Below, piece after piece: positions 34,487 through 47,599 of a stretch of 64,000 bases of DNA. Position 1 is the first letter of the stretch; the number at the start of each line of letters is the position of its first letter. The translations under genes were made by a program, and so were the position numbers. The notes beneath the pieces are model-generated. The model was not told where the DNA came from. It saw only the letters and a list, made by a program, of their open reading frames with translations, and searched no databases. This DNA is from Anaeramoeba ignava BMAN (lineage: Eukaryota > Protista > Anaeramoebae): positions 248,001 through 312,000 of the forward strand of contig JAPDFW010000086.1 in the NCBI GenBank assembly GCA_028826165.1, given 5' to 3'.

Positions 34487-36031
34487 TTAATTATCGGAAA
34501 ATTCACTTTCAAGACATTTCTTAACGAATTTATGAGCATCAATTAAACCGAAAATATCCACGAACTCTTCTTCGCGATGAATATTACAAGCAGCAACAGA
34601 AATAGTAGCAGAATTAATAAAAGTAGACAAAACACGCGCATCATTAGAACCAGTAGAAAAATAAGAAGAATAACCGAAAGAAGATCCAATATTTGAGAGA
34701 AATAGATCCAAAGAATAAGGCCCGAATCCACTTTCGTAGCAGCGAATAACTCTTCTTGAACCACCACCATCAAGAATCAAAGCATAAGGAAGTTCGAAAA
34801 GTTTATAAGCATGGGAACTCTCGATAAATGCCTTTGCGCCAAGTAAATGTTTCTCTTCACCGCAAGTTAAAAGCCAGTTAAAATTCATTTTGTGATTGAG
34901 TAAAAGATCCAAAATTACAAAAACTCCGCATTTATCATCTGCTCCAATGATTCCTTGTCCTGAAATGATATTCCCAGTTCTTTTCACTGTGTCAATGTAG
35001 ATCACATCCTTCATTTGCTGGACAGTATCGATATGTGCGCATAATAAGGGTCGATTTGGGAGATTGAGTGAAAAAATGTTGCCGAAACTATCAGTTTCAA
35101 AAAGAATATCATTAGCTGTAAGAATATTCTTGCAAATGTAATCGCGAAGTCTTTTTTCATACCCAGTTGGCGAAGCAATTCTCATGAGATCCAACAGAAG
35201 ATCTGTGTTTAGTGATGGTTCTGCATCCGGAACCACATTCGGAGTTTCTTCATAAAAGGAAGTGTAGTGATATCTTGATCGATCCAAAAGTTCCAACATT
35301 CTCATAGTAATAACATAAACTTTTGATAAATCATTTAGTGAAATCAATGATTCTTTTTCTTGCATTTGCGAAATTGGGAAGCACAAGGGCAGAACTTCAC
35401 AATCATCGTCAATTTTCAAATTTACTAAACCAAATCGATTGTATTGCTCGTGCGAAATGAATTGGAACGGATTTGGATCGTATTCTTTTTCGGAAATTGT
35501 TTTAATCATGTTGTAAATTCTTTTGTGTGTATTTTCGTAAGAAATTGTTATTGTGACTGGTCCTTGATCCACATTTACGGTTTCTGAATAACCATGAATT
35601 GAGATGCAATATTTTTCTTTGAAATCGGCTTTTTTGAGAATTTCGAAAATGAGTTCATTTGCCTTTTTTGGATCTTTCATTTGTGAAATTCCTAAATAGA
35701 CAACTTGGATGTTTTTTGGATTGAATGCTTTAACAATTTCCATCATAATTGCTAATGAAGCTTGATTTTTCAAATTAACTCCTTGAATAGTTTGTTTTTC
35801 TTCATTTTTGGATGTTTTTGAGTTGATTTCTGATTCATCAAAATTATCAATAGCTGAGTGAATTATAACAATAGCTTTTGGTTCTTTTACTGATTTATCT
35901 CCAATAAAATTATTGGATTCATCAAATGAAAAAGAATCTAAAAATTGGTTTAAATTTGATTCAAGAAATTGAGGAATTGCGTTTTGGTTGAGTTCAAGAA
36001 ATTTAAATAAATTTTTTTCGATTGATTCCAT
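34487..36031 (-). CDS. Zinc peptidase of the M20/M28/M42 clan with an unassigned N-terminal region
   Basis: C-terminal half has SPTGYEK, LLCAHIDTV, GADDKCG, GEE, ILD and IHREEE metal-binding motifs. Intronless. Confidence 0.8.
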   Translation of the reverse strand: MESIEKNLFKFLELNQNAIPQFLESNLNQFLDSFSFDESNNFIGDKSVKEPKAIVIIHSAIDNFDESEINSKTSKNEEKQTIQGVNLKNQASLAIMMEIVKAFNPKNIQVVYLGISQMKDPKKANELIFEILKKADFKEKYCISIHGYSETVNVDQGPVTITISYENTHKRIYNMIKTISEKEYDPNPFQFISHEQYNRFGLVNLKIDDDCEVLPLCFPISQMQEKESLISLNDLSKVYVITMRMLELLDRSRYHYTSFYEETPNVVPDAEPSLNTDLLLDLMRIASPTGYEKRLRDYICKNILTANDILFETDSFGNIFSLNLPNRPLLCAHIDTVQQMKDVIYIDTVKRTGNIISGQGIIGADDKCGVFVILDLLLNHKMNFNWLLTCGEEKHLLGAKAFIESSHAYKLFELPYALILDGGGSRRVIRCYESGFGPYSLDLFLSNIGSSFGYSSYFSTGSNDARVLSTFINSATISVAACNIHREEEFVDIFGLIDAHKFVKKCLESEFSDN

Positions 36032-36192
36032 TTCAAACTTTTAATTTTTTAAAAAAAATGAAAAATGAAAAAAATTTTTTTTTTTTTTGCTTTTTATTGA
36101 TTTTGCTTTTTTTTTTTTTTGGAAAAGAAAAATTTTTTCTTATTTTTTGAGAAAGAGAGATTTTTTTTAAAAGAGAATTTAATAATTCTTTA

Positions 36193-39100
36193 TTATTTTT
36201 TCTCAATTTCCATATCTTGATTATCATTATTTTTTTCATCATCTTTTTTTTCATCATCTTCTTTTTTATCATCTTCTTTTTTTTCATCATCTTTTTTATC
36301 TCCATCTTTTTTTAAAGATTCAAGAGCAGATTTAATACGATCATCATTTGGATTAACACCTGGTAAACTTAATAAAACAGAATCAATTAAATCTTGATTT
36401 TGAAGAACATTTCCAAGATCAAATGCAGAATCGAATTGATTATCTTGATTTTGATTTGATTCTGTTTGTTTTTCTTTATCTTTTTCTTCATTTGATTTAT
36501 CTTGTGATTCGTTTATTGATCTTTCTAAAATTAATTTCATTTGTTCATCTTCATTTAATTCAGATATATTAACTTGATCTTGTTTTTCTTCTTGCATTTG
36601 TTGTTGTTCTTGTTCTTGATTTTGATTTTCATCATCATTTGTTTCTGAATTATCATCTCCACTAAATTCTGCAAGTGACATTTCGATTGCTCTTCTAGTT
36701 TCTTCATCATATTCCGAATCGTCTTAATTTTATAAATAATTTTATAAATAATTTTATAAATAATTTTATATTTAATTTTATAAATAATTTTATAAATAAT
36801 TTTATAAATAATTTAATAAATAATTTTATAATTAATTTTATAATTAATTTTATAATTAATTTTATAAATAATTTTATAAATAATTTTATAAATAATTTTA
36901 TTAATAATTTTATATTTAATTTTATAAATAATTTTATAAATAATTTTATAATTAATTTTATAAATAATTTTATAAATAATTTTATATTTAATTTTGTATT
37001 TAATTTTTGTATTTAAATTTTATAATTAATTTTATAATTAATTTTATATTTAAATTTTATATTTAATTTAATAAATAATTTTATAAATAATTTTATATTT
37101 AATTTTATAAAATAATTATTATATTTAATTTTATAAATAATTTTATAAATAATTTTATAAATAATTTTATAAATAATTTTATATTTAATTTTATAAATAA
37201 TATTATATTTAATTTTTATATTTAATTTTATAAATAATTTTATATTTAATTTTATATTTAAATTTTATAATTAATTTTATATTTAATTTTATAAATAATT
37301 TTTATATTTAATTTTATATTTAATTTTATAAATAATTTTTATATTTAATTTTATAAATAATTTTATAAATAATTTTATAAATAAATTTATATATAATTTT
37401 ATATTTAATTTTATATATAATTTTATAATTAATTTTATAAATAATTTTATAAATAATTTTATAAATAATTTTATATTTAATTTTATAAATAATTTTATAA
37501 ATAATTTTATATTTAATTTTATAAATAATTTTATAAATAATTTTATATTTAATTTTATATTTAATTTTATAAATAATTTTATAAATAATTTTATAAATAA
37601 TTTTATAAATAATTTTATAAATAATTTTATAAATAATTTTATAAATAATTTTATAAATAATTTTATAAATAATTTTATAAATAATTTTATAAATAATTTT
37701 ATAAATAATTTTATAAATAATTTTATAAATAATTTTATATATAATTTTATAATTAATTTTATAAATAATTTTATAAATAATTTTATATTTAATTTTATAA
37801 ATAATTTTATAAATAATTTTATAAATAATTTTATAAATAATTTTATAAATAATTTTATAAATAATTTTATATATAATTTTATAATTAATTTTATAAATAA
37901 TTTTATATTTAATTTTATAAATAATTTTATATTTAATTTTATAAATAATTTTATAAATAATTTTATAAATAATTTTATAAATAATTTTATAAATAATTTT
38001 ATAAATAATTTTATAAATAATTTTATAAATAATTTTATAAATAATTTTATAAATAATTTTATAAATAATTTTATATTTAATTTTATAAATAATTTTATAT
38101 TTAATTTAATAAATAATTTAATAAATAATTTAATAAATAATTTTATAATTAATTTTATAATTAATTTTATAAATAATTTTATAAATAATTTTATAAATAA
38201 TTTTATAAATAATTTTATATATAATTTTATAAATAATTTTATAAATAATTTTATAAATAATTTTATAAATAATTTTATATATAATTTTATAATTAATTTT
38301 ATAAATAATTTTATAAATAATTTTATAAATAATTTTATAAATAATTTTATATATAATTTTATAATTAATTTTATAAATAATTTTATATTTAATTTTATAA
38401 ATAATTTTATAAATAATTTTATAAATAATTTTATAAATAATTTTATATATAATTTTATAATTAATTTTATAAATAATTTTATATTTAATTTTATAAATAA
38501 TTTTATAAATAATTTTATAAATAATTTTTATATATAATTTTATATTTAATTTTATAAATAATTTTATAAATAATTTTATAATTAATTTTATAAATAATTT
38601 AATAAATAATTTTATAAATAATTTTATATTTAATTTTATAAATAATTTTATAAATAATTTTATATATAATTTTATAAATAATTTTATATTTAATTTTATA
38701 AATAATTTTATAAATAATTTTATAATTAATTTTATAATTAATTTTATATTTAATTTTATAAATAATTTAATAAATAATTTTATAAATAATTTTATATTTA
38801 ATTTTATAAATAATTTTATATTTAATTTAATAAATAATTTTATATTTAATTTTATAAATAATTTTATAAATAATTTTATAAATAATTTTATAAATAATTT
38901 TATAAATAATTTTATAAATAATTTTATATATAATTTTATAATTAATTTTATAAATAATTTTATATTTAATTTTATAAATAATTTTATAAATAATTTTATA
39001 AATAATTTTATAAATAATTTTATAAATAATTTTATAAATAATTTTATAAATAATTTTATAAATAATTTTATAAATAATTTAAATAATTTTATAAATAATT

Positions 39101-41554
39101 TTATAAATAATTTTATAAATAATTTTATAAATAATTTTATATTTAATTTTATAAATAATTTTATAAATAATTTTATATTTAATTTTATAAATAATTTTAT
39201 AAATAATTTTTATAAATAATTTTATAAATAATTTTTATATATAATTTTATAATTAATTTTATAAATAATTTTATATTTAATTTTATAAATAATTTTTATA
39301 TTTAATTTTATAAATAATTTTATAAATAATTTTATAAATAATTTTATAAATAATTTTATAAATAATTTTATAAATAATTTTATAAATAATTTAATAAATA
39401 ATTTAATAAATAATTTTATAAATAATTTTATAATTAATTTTATAAATAATTTTATAATTAATTTTATAAATAATTTTATATTTAATTTTATACTTAATTT
39501 TATACTTAATTTTATATTTAATTTTTATAAATAATTTTATAAATAATTTTATATTTAATTTTTATATTTAATTTTATAATTAATTTTATAAATAATTTTA
39601 TATTTAATTTTATAAATAATTTTATAATTAATTTTATAAATAATTTAATAAATAATTTTATAAATAATTTTATAAATAATTTTATAAATAATTTTATAAA
39701 TAATTTTATATTTAATTTTATATTTAATTTTATATTTAATTTTATAATTAATTTTTATATTTAATTTTATAAATAATTTTATAAATAATTTTATAAATAA
39801 TTTTATAAATAATTTTATATTTAATTTTATAAATAATTTTATATTTAATTTTATAAATAATTTTATAAATAATTTTATATTTAATTTTATAAATAATTTT
39901 ATAAATAATTTTATATTTAATTTTATTAATAATTTTATAAATAATTTTATATTTAATTTTATATTTAATTTTATATTTAATTTTATAAATAATTTTTATA
40001 AATAATTTTATAAATAATTTTATAAATAATTTTATAAATAATTTTATAAATAATTTTATAAATAATTTTATAAATAATTTTATAAATAATTTTATAAATA
40101 ATTTTTATAATTAATTTTATATTTAATTTTATAAATAATTTAATAAATAATTTTATAAATAATTTTATATTTAATTTTATAAATAATTTTATTAATAATT
40201 TTATATTTAATTTTATATTTAATTTTATAATTAATTTTATAATTAATTTTATAAATAATTTTATAAATAATTTTATATTTAATTTTATTAATAATTTTAT
40301 ATTTAATTTTATATTTAATTTTATAATTAATTTTATAATTAATTTTATAAATAATTTTATAATTAATTTTATAAATAATTTTATAAATAATTTTATAAAT
40401 AATTTTATAAATAATTTAATAAATAATTTTATAATTAATTTTATAATTAATTTTATAAATAATTTTATAAATAATTTTATATTTAATTTTGTATTTAATT
40501 TTGTATTTAATTTTGTATTTAAATTTTATAAATAATTTTATAAATAATTTTATAAATAATTTTATATTTAAATTTTATAAATAATTTTATAATTAATTTT
40601 ATAAATAATTTTATATTTAATTTTATAAATAATTATATAATTAATTTAATAAATAATTTTATAAATAATTTTATAAATAATTTTATAAATAATTTTATAA
40701 ATAATTTTATAAATAATTTTATAATTAATTTTATATTTAAATTTTATATTTAAATTTATATTTAATTTATATTTAAATTTTATAAATAATTTTATATATA
40801 AATAAAAACCTTCCATTTCTTGAGGTTGCTCATTAGAATCAGAAGACTGAGGTTTTGGAGTAGATTGAGAATCATTTCTCCTAGCATTTTCCTCCAAAGA
40901 AAGCCTCAAAGCCAAAGCCAATTCAGGATCAATATTTGGATCTACACCAAAATCATTAGAAAAATCTGAAGGATTAGCATCACCAAGAATAAGGGAGCCC
41001 TGAATTTGGTCCGAGAGGATAACGCCCGAAATTGGGGGGATATGGACAATATGGCTGTTATCGTTCTTATTAACGGTTTCTATAAGAGCGTCTAATTTTT
41101 CACGGTTTGAATCAGTTTCTCCAAAATTAACGATATCTAAAGCAACATTATTTTTTTTAAGCATATTTCCGACACGGAGAAGATCTTCGGAACTTGCTTT
41201 AACGGGGCTGCCGACAAACATTATAATGCGTTGAGCTTGTTGCCTGTTCATTCGATGTTTAAGTGCAAGTTGTGCAATATAAAGGCTTGTCACGTGATCT
41301 GAATCTCCTGCAATTTGCACCTCGTGAAGAGACGCTAAAATCTTGCCAACATCGCTTGTAGGCGCGATTACTAGTTTCGGTTGTGATCCTCCCATTGATA
41401 ATACTCCAACTGTGTTCTCAAAATTGCTGTTCGTTTTTCTTCCTGTTATTATGTTGACTGAATCTAATTGTGCTTCAAATCTTGTCGGTGAAAAATCAGA
41501 ATTTCGCATGTATTCGCTATTGTCAATACATATTAATGTTCCTTCTAATACCAT
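36193..41554 (-). CDS. RPN10: 26S proteasome ubiquitin receptor Rpn10/PSMD4
   Basis: Exon 1 41554-40810 (vWA domain MVLEGTLICIDNSEYMRN, UIM DPELALALRLSLEE), intron 40809-36723, exon 2 36722-36193 (further UIMs, SVLLSLPGVNPND). Phases match (G|AC); 424 aa. Confidence 0.95.
36725..40800. repeat. 4-kb (TTTTATAAATAA)n 12-bp satellite forming the Rpn10 intron
   Basis: Directly visible, almost purely A/T. Confidence 0.95.
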
Positions 41555-41661
41555 TTTTGTTTTTATTTTTGAAAAAGTGAAAAAAAAAAATGAAAAAATG
41601 AAAAAATGAAAAAAATGAAAAAAATGAAAAAAAAATTAATTTAAAGTTAGAATTTTCAATA

Positions 41662-42350
41662 AAATATTTTAATAAAGATAAAATTTTAATTTTAATAAGT
41701 TTTAATAATAATTTAATTTAGATTTATTTCAAATCAAATTCAAATCAAATTTTCATTTATTAAATTAATATTTTTAATTATTTATTAATTCAATTTTAAT
41801 TATATTTAAAATATATTAAAATTAAAATATTTTAATAAAGATAAAAATTTAATTTTAATAAGTTTTAATAATTATTTAATTTAGAATTATTTCAATTCAA
41901 ATTAAAATCAAATTTTCATTTATTAAAAATAATATAAAATTATTCTCAAAAATTTAATAAAATTTAAAAGAAAATTAAAATATTTTAATAAAGATAAAAA
42001 TTTAATTTTAATAAGTTTTAATAATAATTTAATTTAAAATTAATTCAAATCAATTTAAAATAAAATTTTCATTTATTAAATTAATATTTTTGATTATTTA
42101 TTAATCCAATTTTAATTATAATAAAATATATTAAAATTGAAATATTTTAATAAAGATAAAAATTGAATTTTAATAACTTTTAATAATTATTTAATTTAGA
42201 ATTATTTCAAATCAAATTTAAATCAAATTTTCATTTATTAAATTAATATAAATTTATTCCCAAAAATTTAATAACATTTAAAAGGAAATTGAAATATTTT
42301 AATAAAGATAAAAATTTAATTTTAATAAGTTTTAATAAGTGTTAATAATT
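41662..42350. repeat. ~152-163-bp tandem array (about 5 units) downstream of BTB-TLDc gene 3
   Basis: Same unit family as 19020-20575 and 31675-32385. Confidence 0.85.
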
Positions 42351-42589
42351 GATTTCTTTCTAAATTTATTTATTAATAAATAATTTAAGTTTAATTATTA
42401 TTAATTTCTATTTCCAATTTTTATTTTTGTTTATTATCATTTATTCCAAATTTTTAATAAATATTTTAAATTAAATTTAAATAATTTAAAATTGGATTTG
42501 TTTCTTATTTATTGTTTTGAAGAATTTAATTTGATTGAAAGTAAATCAAAATAAAATTCAATTTTGAAAAAAAAATGAGAAAATAGTTT

Positions 42590-44204
42590 TTAAATGAAAT
42601 AAGTTTCAACTTCATCAACAATCCATTTATTATAAGAACCAGCTAAATAACTTTGAGCTTCATTTGTTCCTTTTTTTATTCCATTAGGTAGATTATAACT
42701 AGAACCAAAACTTGAATGACCAGGTTGCAATGTTGATACAAGACCCCAATCCCAATTTCCACTATATCCAAAAATAGGACCATAACTCAAACCACAATGA
42801 ATTGCATAAGAACCTCCATTATGATTGAATTTTTCAGGATCTCTATCTCCTTTATCATTTCTTAATGAAAAAATAAATGAATTTGAATCATTAATCCATC
42901 CTGAATTTCCATTAAATCCAACTTGAGTAAAACCTCCAAAAATAAAATTATCTTTTGTTTTGATAATAACTAATGTTTTTCCTTTATTATCAACTGCTTT
43001 ATGCCAATTTTTGCAATCAAATCCATCTTTTTTTGCTGAAAATCCTTTTTTCATTTTAGAAAAAAAATTATTATCATTTATCCATTCTTGTAATTTCTTA
43101 ACATATTCAATATCTTTAATAATTTCTGAATCTGAAAATTGAGGAAAATTCTTTCTTAATTCAATCTCCATTTGATATTGATCAAAAATTGGTTTCATTT
43201 TCTCATTCTCTGTTTTCAAATCTTGATTCTCTTTCTTCCATTTCTCTTCAATTTCTTTGTTTTTATCTTCAATTTCTTTCTTCCATTTATCTTCAATTTC
43301 TTTGTTTTTATCTTCAATTTCCTTCTCTTTGTTTTCAATTTCTTTTTGATTATCTTGAATAACTTTGTTTTGAATATCAACTAAAAAAGATTTAGGAAAA
43401 AAATCAAATTGTTTTAATTTATCAAAATCTTGTTTTGAAATTGAATCTTTATCAAATAATGAAAAAAAAGAATGAAATAATCTTTTCTTTTCAATTCCTT
43501 TTCTTTTTCTTTTTCTTTTTCTTTTTTTCCTTTTAATTTTTGATTTCTTTTTTCAATCCAATTATTTAAAAATTGAAAAAAATCAAATTGAAAAATTTCT
43601 TTTTTTTCTTGTTTAAATTGAATAAATTTGATAATTTCTTCTTTAGTTAAATTGAATAAATTTTCATTATTCTGAATTTGGGAAAAATTTTGATTTATTA
43701 ATTCAAAACATTTTATTTCAATTTCATTTGAATTTAAATTTCGATTTTGGAATAAAAATTGGAAAAAATTTGAATAATTAATTGAATTTGAAATTTTTGA
43801 ATAATTTCTTTCAATAAATTTAATTTAAAATAAATTGAAATTTCCAATAATTGGAGAAGATTTTCTTGATTCTCAAAAGAAATATTTCCATAATAAATAT
43901 AACTCAAAATTGATTCCATTTCTTTTTATTAAATTGATTTAAAGAAATAGAAAGAGATTCTTGCCTTAATGATTCATTAAAAAGGAGATCTTGAAGATAA
44001 AATTGATTTATGAACTTTAATTTCAAAAGGATTTGATTTATTCTCAACAAAAATTGAAAAATCTTTAAATGAATTTCCATTTAAAAGGTTTGAATAATTT
44101 TTAATTAAATTTTTTGTTACTTTTTTTTCTAAATTTTTCATTTCATTTTCATTTTCATTTTGATTTGCATTTTCAATTTGGTTATTATTATTATTATTAT
44201 CCAT
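42590..44204 (-). pseudogene. BTB-TLDc paralog of 32628-34343, broken by several frameshifts (pseudogene or homopolymer errors)
   Basis: ORF pieces 43977-44204, 43734-43919 and 42590-43219 are near-identical to the intact paralog. Breaks fall in shortened A/T homopolymers (e.g. ~43980, ~43925, ~43797). Confidence 0.7.
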
Positions 44205-44574
44205 TTTGTTTTTGTGTTTTTGTTTTTGTTTTGTTTTTGTTTCAAAAAGGAAAAAATGAAAAAATTTAAAAAAATGAATAAAAAGTGGATTTTGAAAATA
44301 AATAAAAATATAAAAATAAGAATAAATTTAAATTAATAATTAATTTAATTTTCTTTTTAATTTATTATTTTAAATTAATTTATTAATAAATTATTATTTT
44401 TTATTAATTTTTTATTAAAAAAGGAAAATTATTTTAATTTAATTTTTAATTTAATTTTTGAATTTAAAAATTATTAATAAATTTAAATTTTAAAACAAAT
44501 TTCCAAATTAATATTAATTCAATTTAATTCAAAAAGATAAAATTTTAATTTCAAAAATCAATTTTCAAAATATT

Positions 44575-45410
44575 TTTAAATAATAAAATATTTAAATCTA
44601 AAACATTAAATTATTATTTTAAACATAAAATTAAATATTAAATTATATTTTTAAATTAATTTATAAATTAAATATTAAATTAAAACTATTCTTATTTTTA
44701 TATTTATATGTTAAATATTTAAATAATAAAATATTTAAATTTAAAACATTAAATTAATATTTCAATAATAAAATTAAATATTAAATTATATTTTTAAATT
44801 AATTTATAAATTAAATATTAAATTAAATCTATTCCCATTTTTATATTTATATGTTAAATATTTAAATAATAAAATATTTAAATATAAAACGTTAAATTAT
44901 TATTTTAAACATAAAATTAAATAATAAATTATATTTTTGAATTAATTTATAAATTAAATATTAAATTAAAACTATTCTTATTTTTATATGGTTAAATATT
45001 TAAATAATAAAATATTTAAATCTAAAACAATAAATTATTATTTTAATAATGGAATTAAATATTAAATTATATTTTTAAATTAATTTATAAATTAAATATT
45101 AAATTAAAACTATTCTTATTTTTATATTTATATGTTAAATATTTAAATAAAATATTTAAATATAAAACATTAAATTATTATTTTAAACATAAAATTAAAT
45201 ATTAAATTATATTTTTAAATTAATTTATAAATTAAATATTAAATTAAACCTATTCTTATTTTTTATATTTATATGTTAAATATTTAAATAACAAAATATT
45301 TAAATCTAAAACATTAAATTATTATTTTAATAATAAAATTAAATATTAAATTATATTTTTAAATTAATTTATAAATTAAATATTAAATTAAACCTATTCT
45401 TATTTTTTAT
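44575..45410. repeat. ~143-bp AT-rich tandem array (about 6 units)
   Basis: AAATCTAAAACATTAAATTATTATTTTAAACAT marker at ~44593, 44737, 44880, 45018, 45158 and 45302. A fragment also occurs at ~22788-22848. Confidence 0.85.
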
Positions 45411-45759
45411 ATTTCACTTAAATGAAAATGAAAAATATTTTATTATTGAAAGTAAAGAAAAACAATATAAATTTCCCAAATTAATATTAATAATGAGAAG
45501 TGAATTATATCGAGGAATGTTTTTATCTGTAACAAATGATACTTCTAATAAATTTACAGATTATAGTGAATTAAGTAATAAATCATTTCAAATATTTGAA
45601 TATTGGATTTATTCAAATCAAATTAAAAAAGAAATTCAAATTACAAAAGAAATAATTGATGAATTAGAAAGAGGAATTGATTATTTTCAATTAAATCAAA
45701 CAAATCCAAATTTATTTGATTTATTAATTAACAAATTTAATAATCAAAATCAAAATTAA
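45411..45759 (+). pseudogene. 5'-truncated RCC1-BTB paralog (last BTB only)
   Basis: Matches the C-terminal ~115 codons of the downstream paralogs and begins abruptly at the edge of the 143-bp array. Confidence 0.8.
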
Positions 45760-45823
45760 AATTAAAATTAAAATTAAAAATTAAAATTTAAATTTCATTT
45801 TTTCATTTTTTTCTTTTTTAAAA

Positions 45824-47599
45824 ATGAATGATTGTTTATTTTTTGGTCAAAATGAAAATCAAAAACTTATCAAAAATGAACCAGAAAGAATAACAAATCC
45901 AATTCAATTTAAATTTGAAAATGAAAATGAAAATGAAAATGAAAATGAAAATGAAAAACAAATTAAACAAATTTCATCAAGCCATTTTTCAACAATTTTC
46001 CTTTTTAAAAATGGAAAAGCAATAGAATATTTAAGTGAAAAAGATCCAAATCAAAATCCTTCAAAAATCCAAATTGAAAATATTCAAAAAGTAACTGTTG
46101 GTTTTGCAAATGAAGCTATTTTAACAAAAGAAGGAAATGTATTTGCCAAAGGATATGATATTAATCCAAAAAATCCAAAAGAATTTATCAATATTTCATC
46201 ATTAATTAAAGATAAAAAAGATAGAATAATTGAAGATATTGTTTCTGGATGGAATTCAATTTACTTATTAACTTCAAATCAAAATGCTTATGGAATTGGT
46301 TCAAATGGTTATGTTCAACTTGGAGTTGATTCTAAAAAACTTTCAAAAACAGAAAAACCAATTTTAATGATGAAAAATGTTTCTAAAATATTTTCAGGAA
46401 ACTCTTCAAATCATGTTTTTCTTTTAAATTCAAATCAAGAATTATTTGGATGCGGTAATAATTCTTATGCTCAACTTGGATTAGGATATACAAGAAAAGA
46501 AGCAAAAATCGATAAACTAACCAAAATTAAAATTATTACAAAAGGCAAAATAATTGATATTCAATCTGGATATGCTCATTCAATAATGTTGATTGAAAAT
46601 GAAAATGAAAATCCAAAAAGAAAACTTTATTCATGTGGAAGATATTTTTTTAATGGACTTGGAAAAAATGAAGATACAAGAATATTTACTGAAATCAAAT
46701 CATCTTTATTTAAAAATGATAATGATAATATTCTTGAATTTTCTGTTGGATGTTTTCAGAATTTGATTCTAACTTCAAATGGGAAATTAATTGGTTTTGG
46801 AGGAAATTTCTATGGAGAATTAGGAACTGGAGATACAAAACAACAAAAAATTCCAATTCAACTTGAACTTCCTGAATTAAGATTTAATGAAGATATTTCT
46901 AATTATCATATTTCTTGTGGATATTATAATTCATTTCTTTATTCTCCTTCTTTTTCCAATCTTGAAGAAGATTTGATAAAATTATTTAGAAGAAAAGAAT
47001 TTTGTGATATTTCATTTAAAACAGAAAATGGAGAAATAATTGAAGCTCATAAATTAATATTGAAATATAGATTAAATCAAAATCAAAATGAAAATCAAAA
47101 TGAAAAACTTCAAGAAATTATTTCAAAAAAATCAATTAAAGAATCAAATCAAATATTTGAAATGATTTATTCAAACAAAATAATAAATCCAAAATTATAT
47201 TCTGAAATTAAAGAAATTATAAATTCAAATGAAAAAATTGAAGAAACAATGAAAAGAATTTATTTAAATGAAAATGAAAAAGATTTTATAATTGAAAGAA
47301 AAGAAAAACAATATAAATTTCCTAAATTAATATTAATAATGAGAAGTGAATTATATCGAGGAATGTTTTTATCTGTAACAGAAGATAAATCTAATAAAGT
47401 TACAGATTATAGTGAATTAAGTAATAAATCATTCCAAATATTAGAATATTGGATTTATTCAAATCAAATTAAAAATGAAATTCAAATTACTCAAGAAATA
47501 ATTGAAGAATTAAAAACAGGAATTGATTATTTTCAATTAAATCAAACAAATCCAAATTTATTTGATTTATTAATTAGGAAATTTAATAATCAAAATTAA
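45824..47599 (+). CDS. RCC1-repeat + BTB protein (tandem copy 1)
   Basis: RCC1 blades (GSNGYVQLG, GNNSYAQLGLG, GGNFYGELGTG), BTB (FCDISF..IEAHKLILKYR) and a second BTB-like segment. Confidence 0.9.
   Translation: MNDCLFFGQNENQKLIKNEPERITNPIQFKFENENENENENENEKQIKQISSSHFSTIFLFKNGKAIEYLSEKDPNQNPSKIQIENIQKVTVGFANEAILTKEGNVFAKGYDINPKNPKEFINISSLIKDKKDRIIEDIVSGWNSIYLLTSNQNAYGIGSNGYVQLGVDSKKLSKTEKPILMMKNVSKIFSGNSSNHVFLLNSNQELFGCGNNSYAQLGLGYTRKEAKIDKLTKIKIITKGKIIDIQSGYAHSIMLIENENENPKRKLYSCGRYFFNGLGKNEDTRIFTEIKSSLFKNDNDNILEFSVGCFQNLILTSNGKLIGFGGNFYGELGTGDTKQQKIPIQLELPELRFNEDISNYHISCGYYNSFLYSPSFSNLEEDLIKLFRRKEFCDISFKTENGEIIEAHKLILKYRLNQNQNENQNEKLQEIISKKSIKESNQIFEMIYSNKIINPKLYSEIKEIINSNEKIEETMKRIYLNENEKDFIIERKEKQYKFPKLILIMRSELYRGMFLSVTEDKSNKVTDYSELSNKSFQILEYWIYSNQIKNEIQITQEIIEELKTGIDYFQLNQTNPNLFDLLIRKFNNQN

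Noticed and set aside
44575-45410. 143-bp array has variable AAA/AAT/AAC before CTATT, like the microexon units
   Set aside because: No GT donor follows the triplet on the minus strand, so it is not a microexon array.
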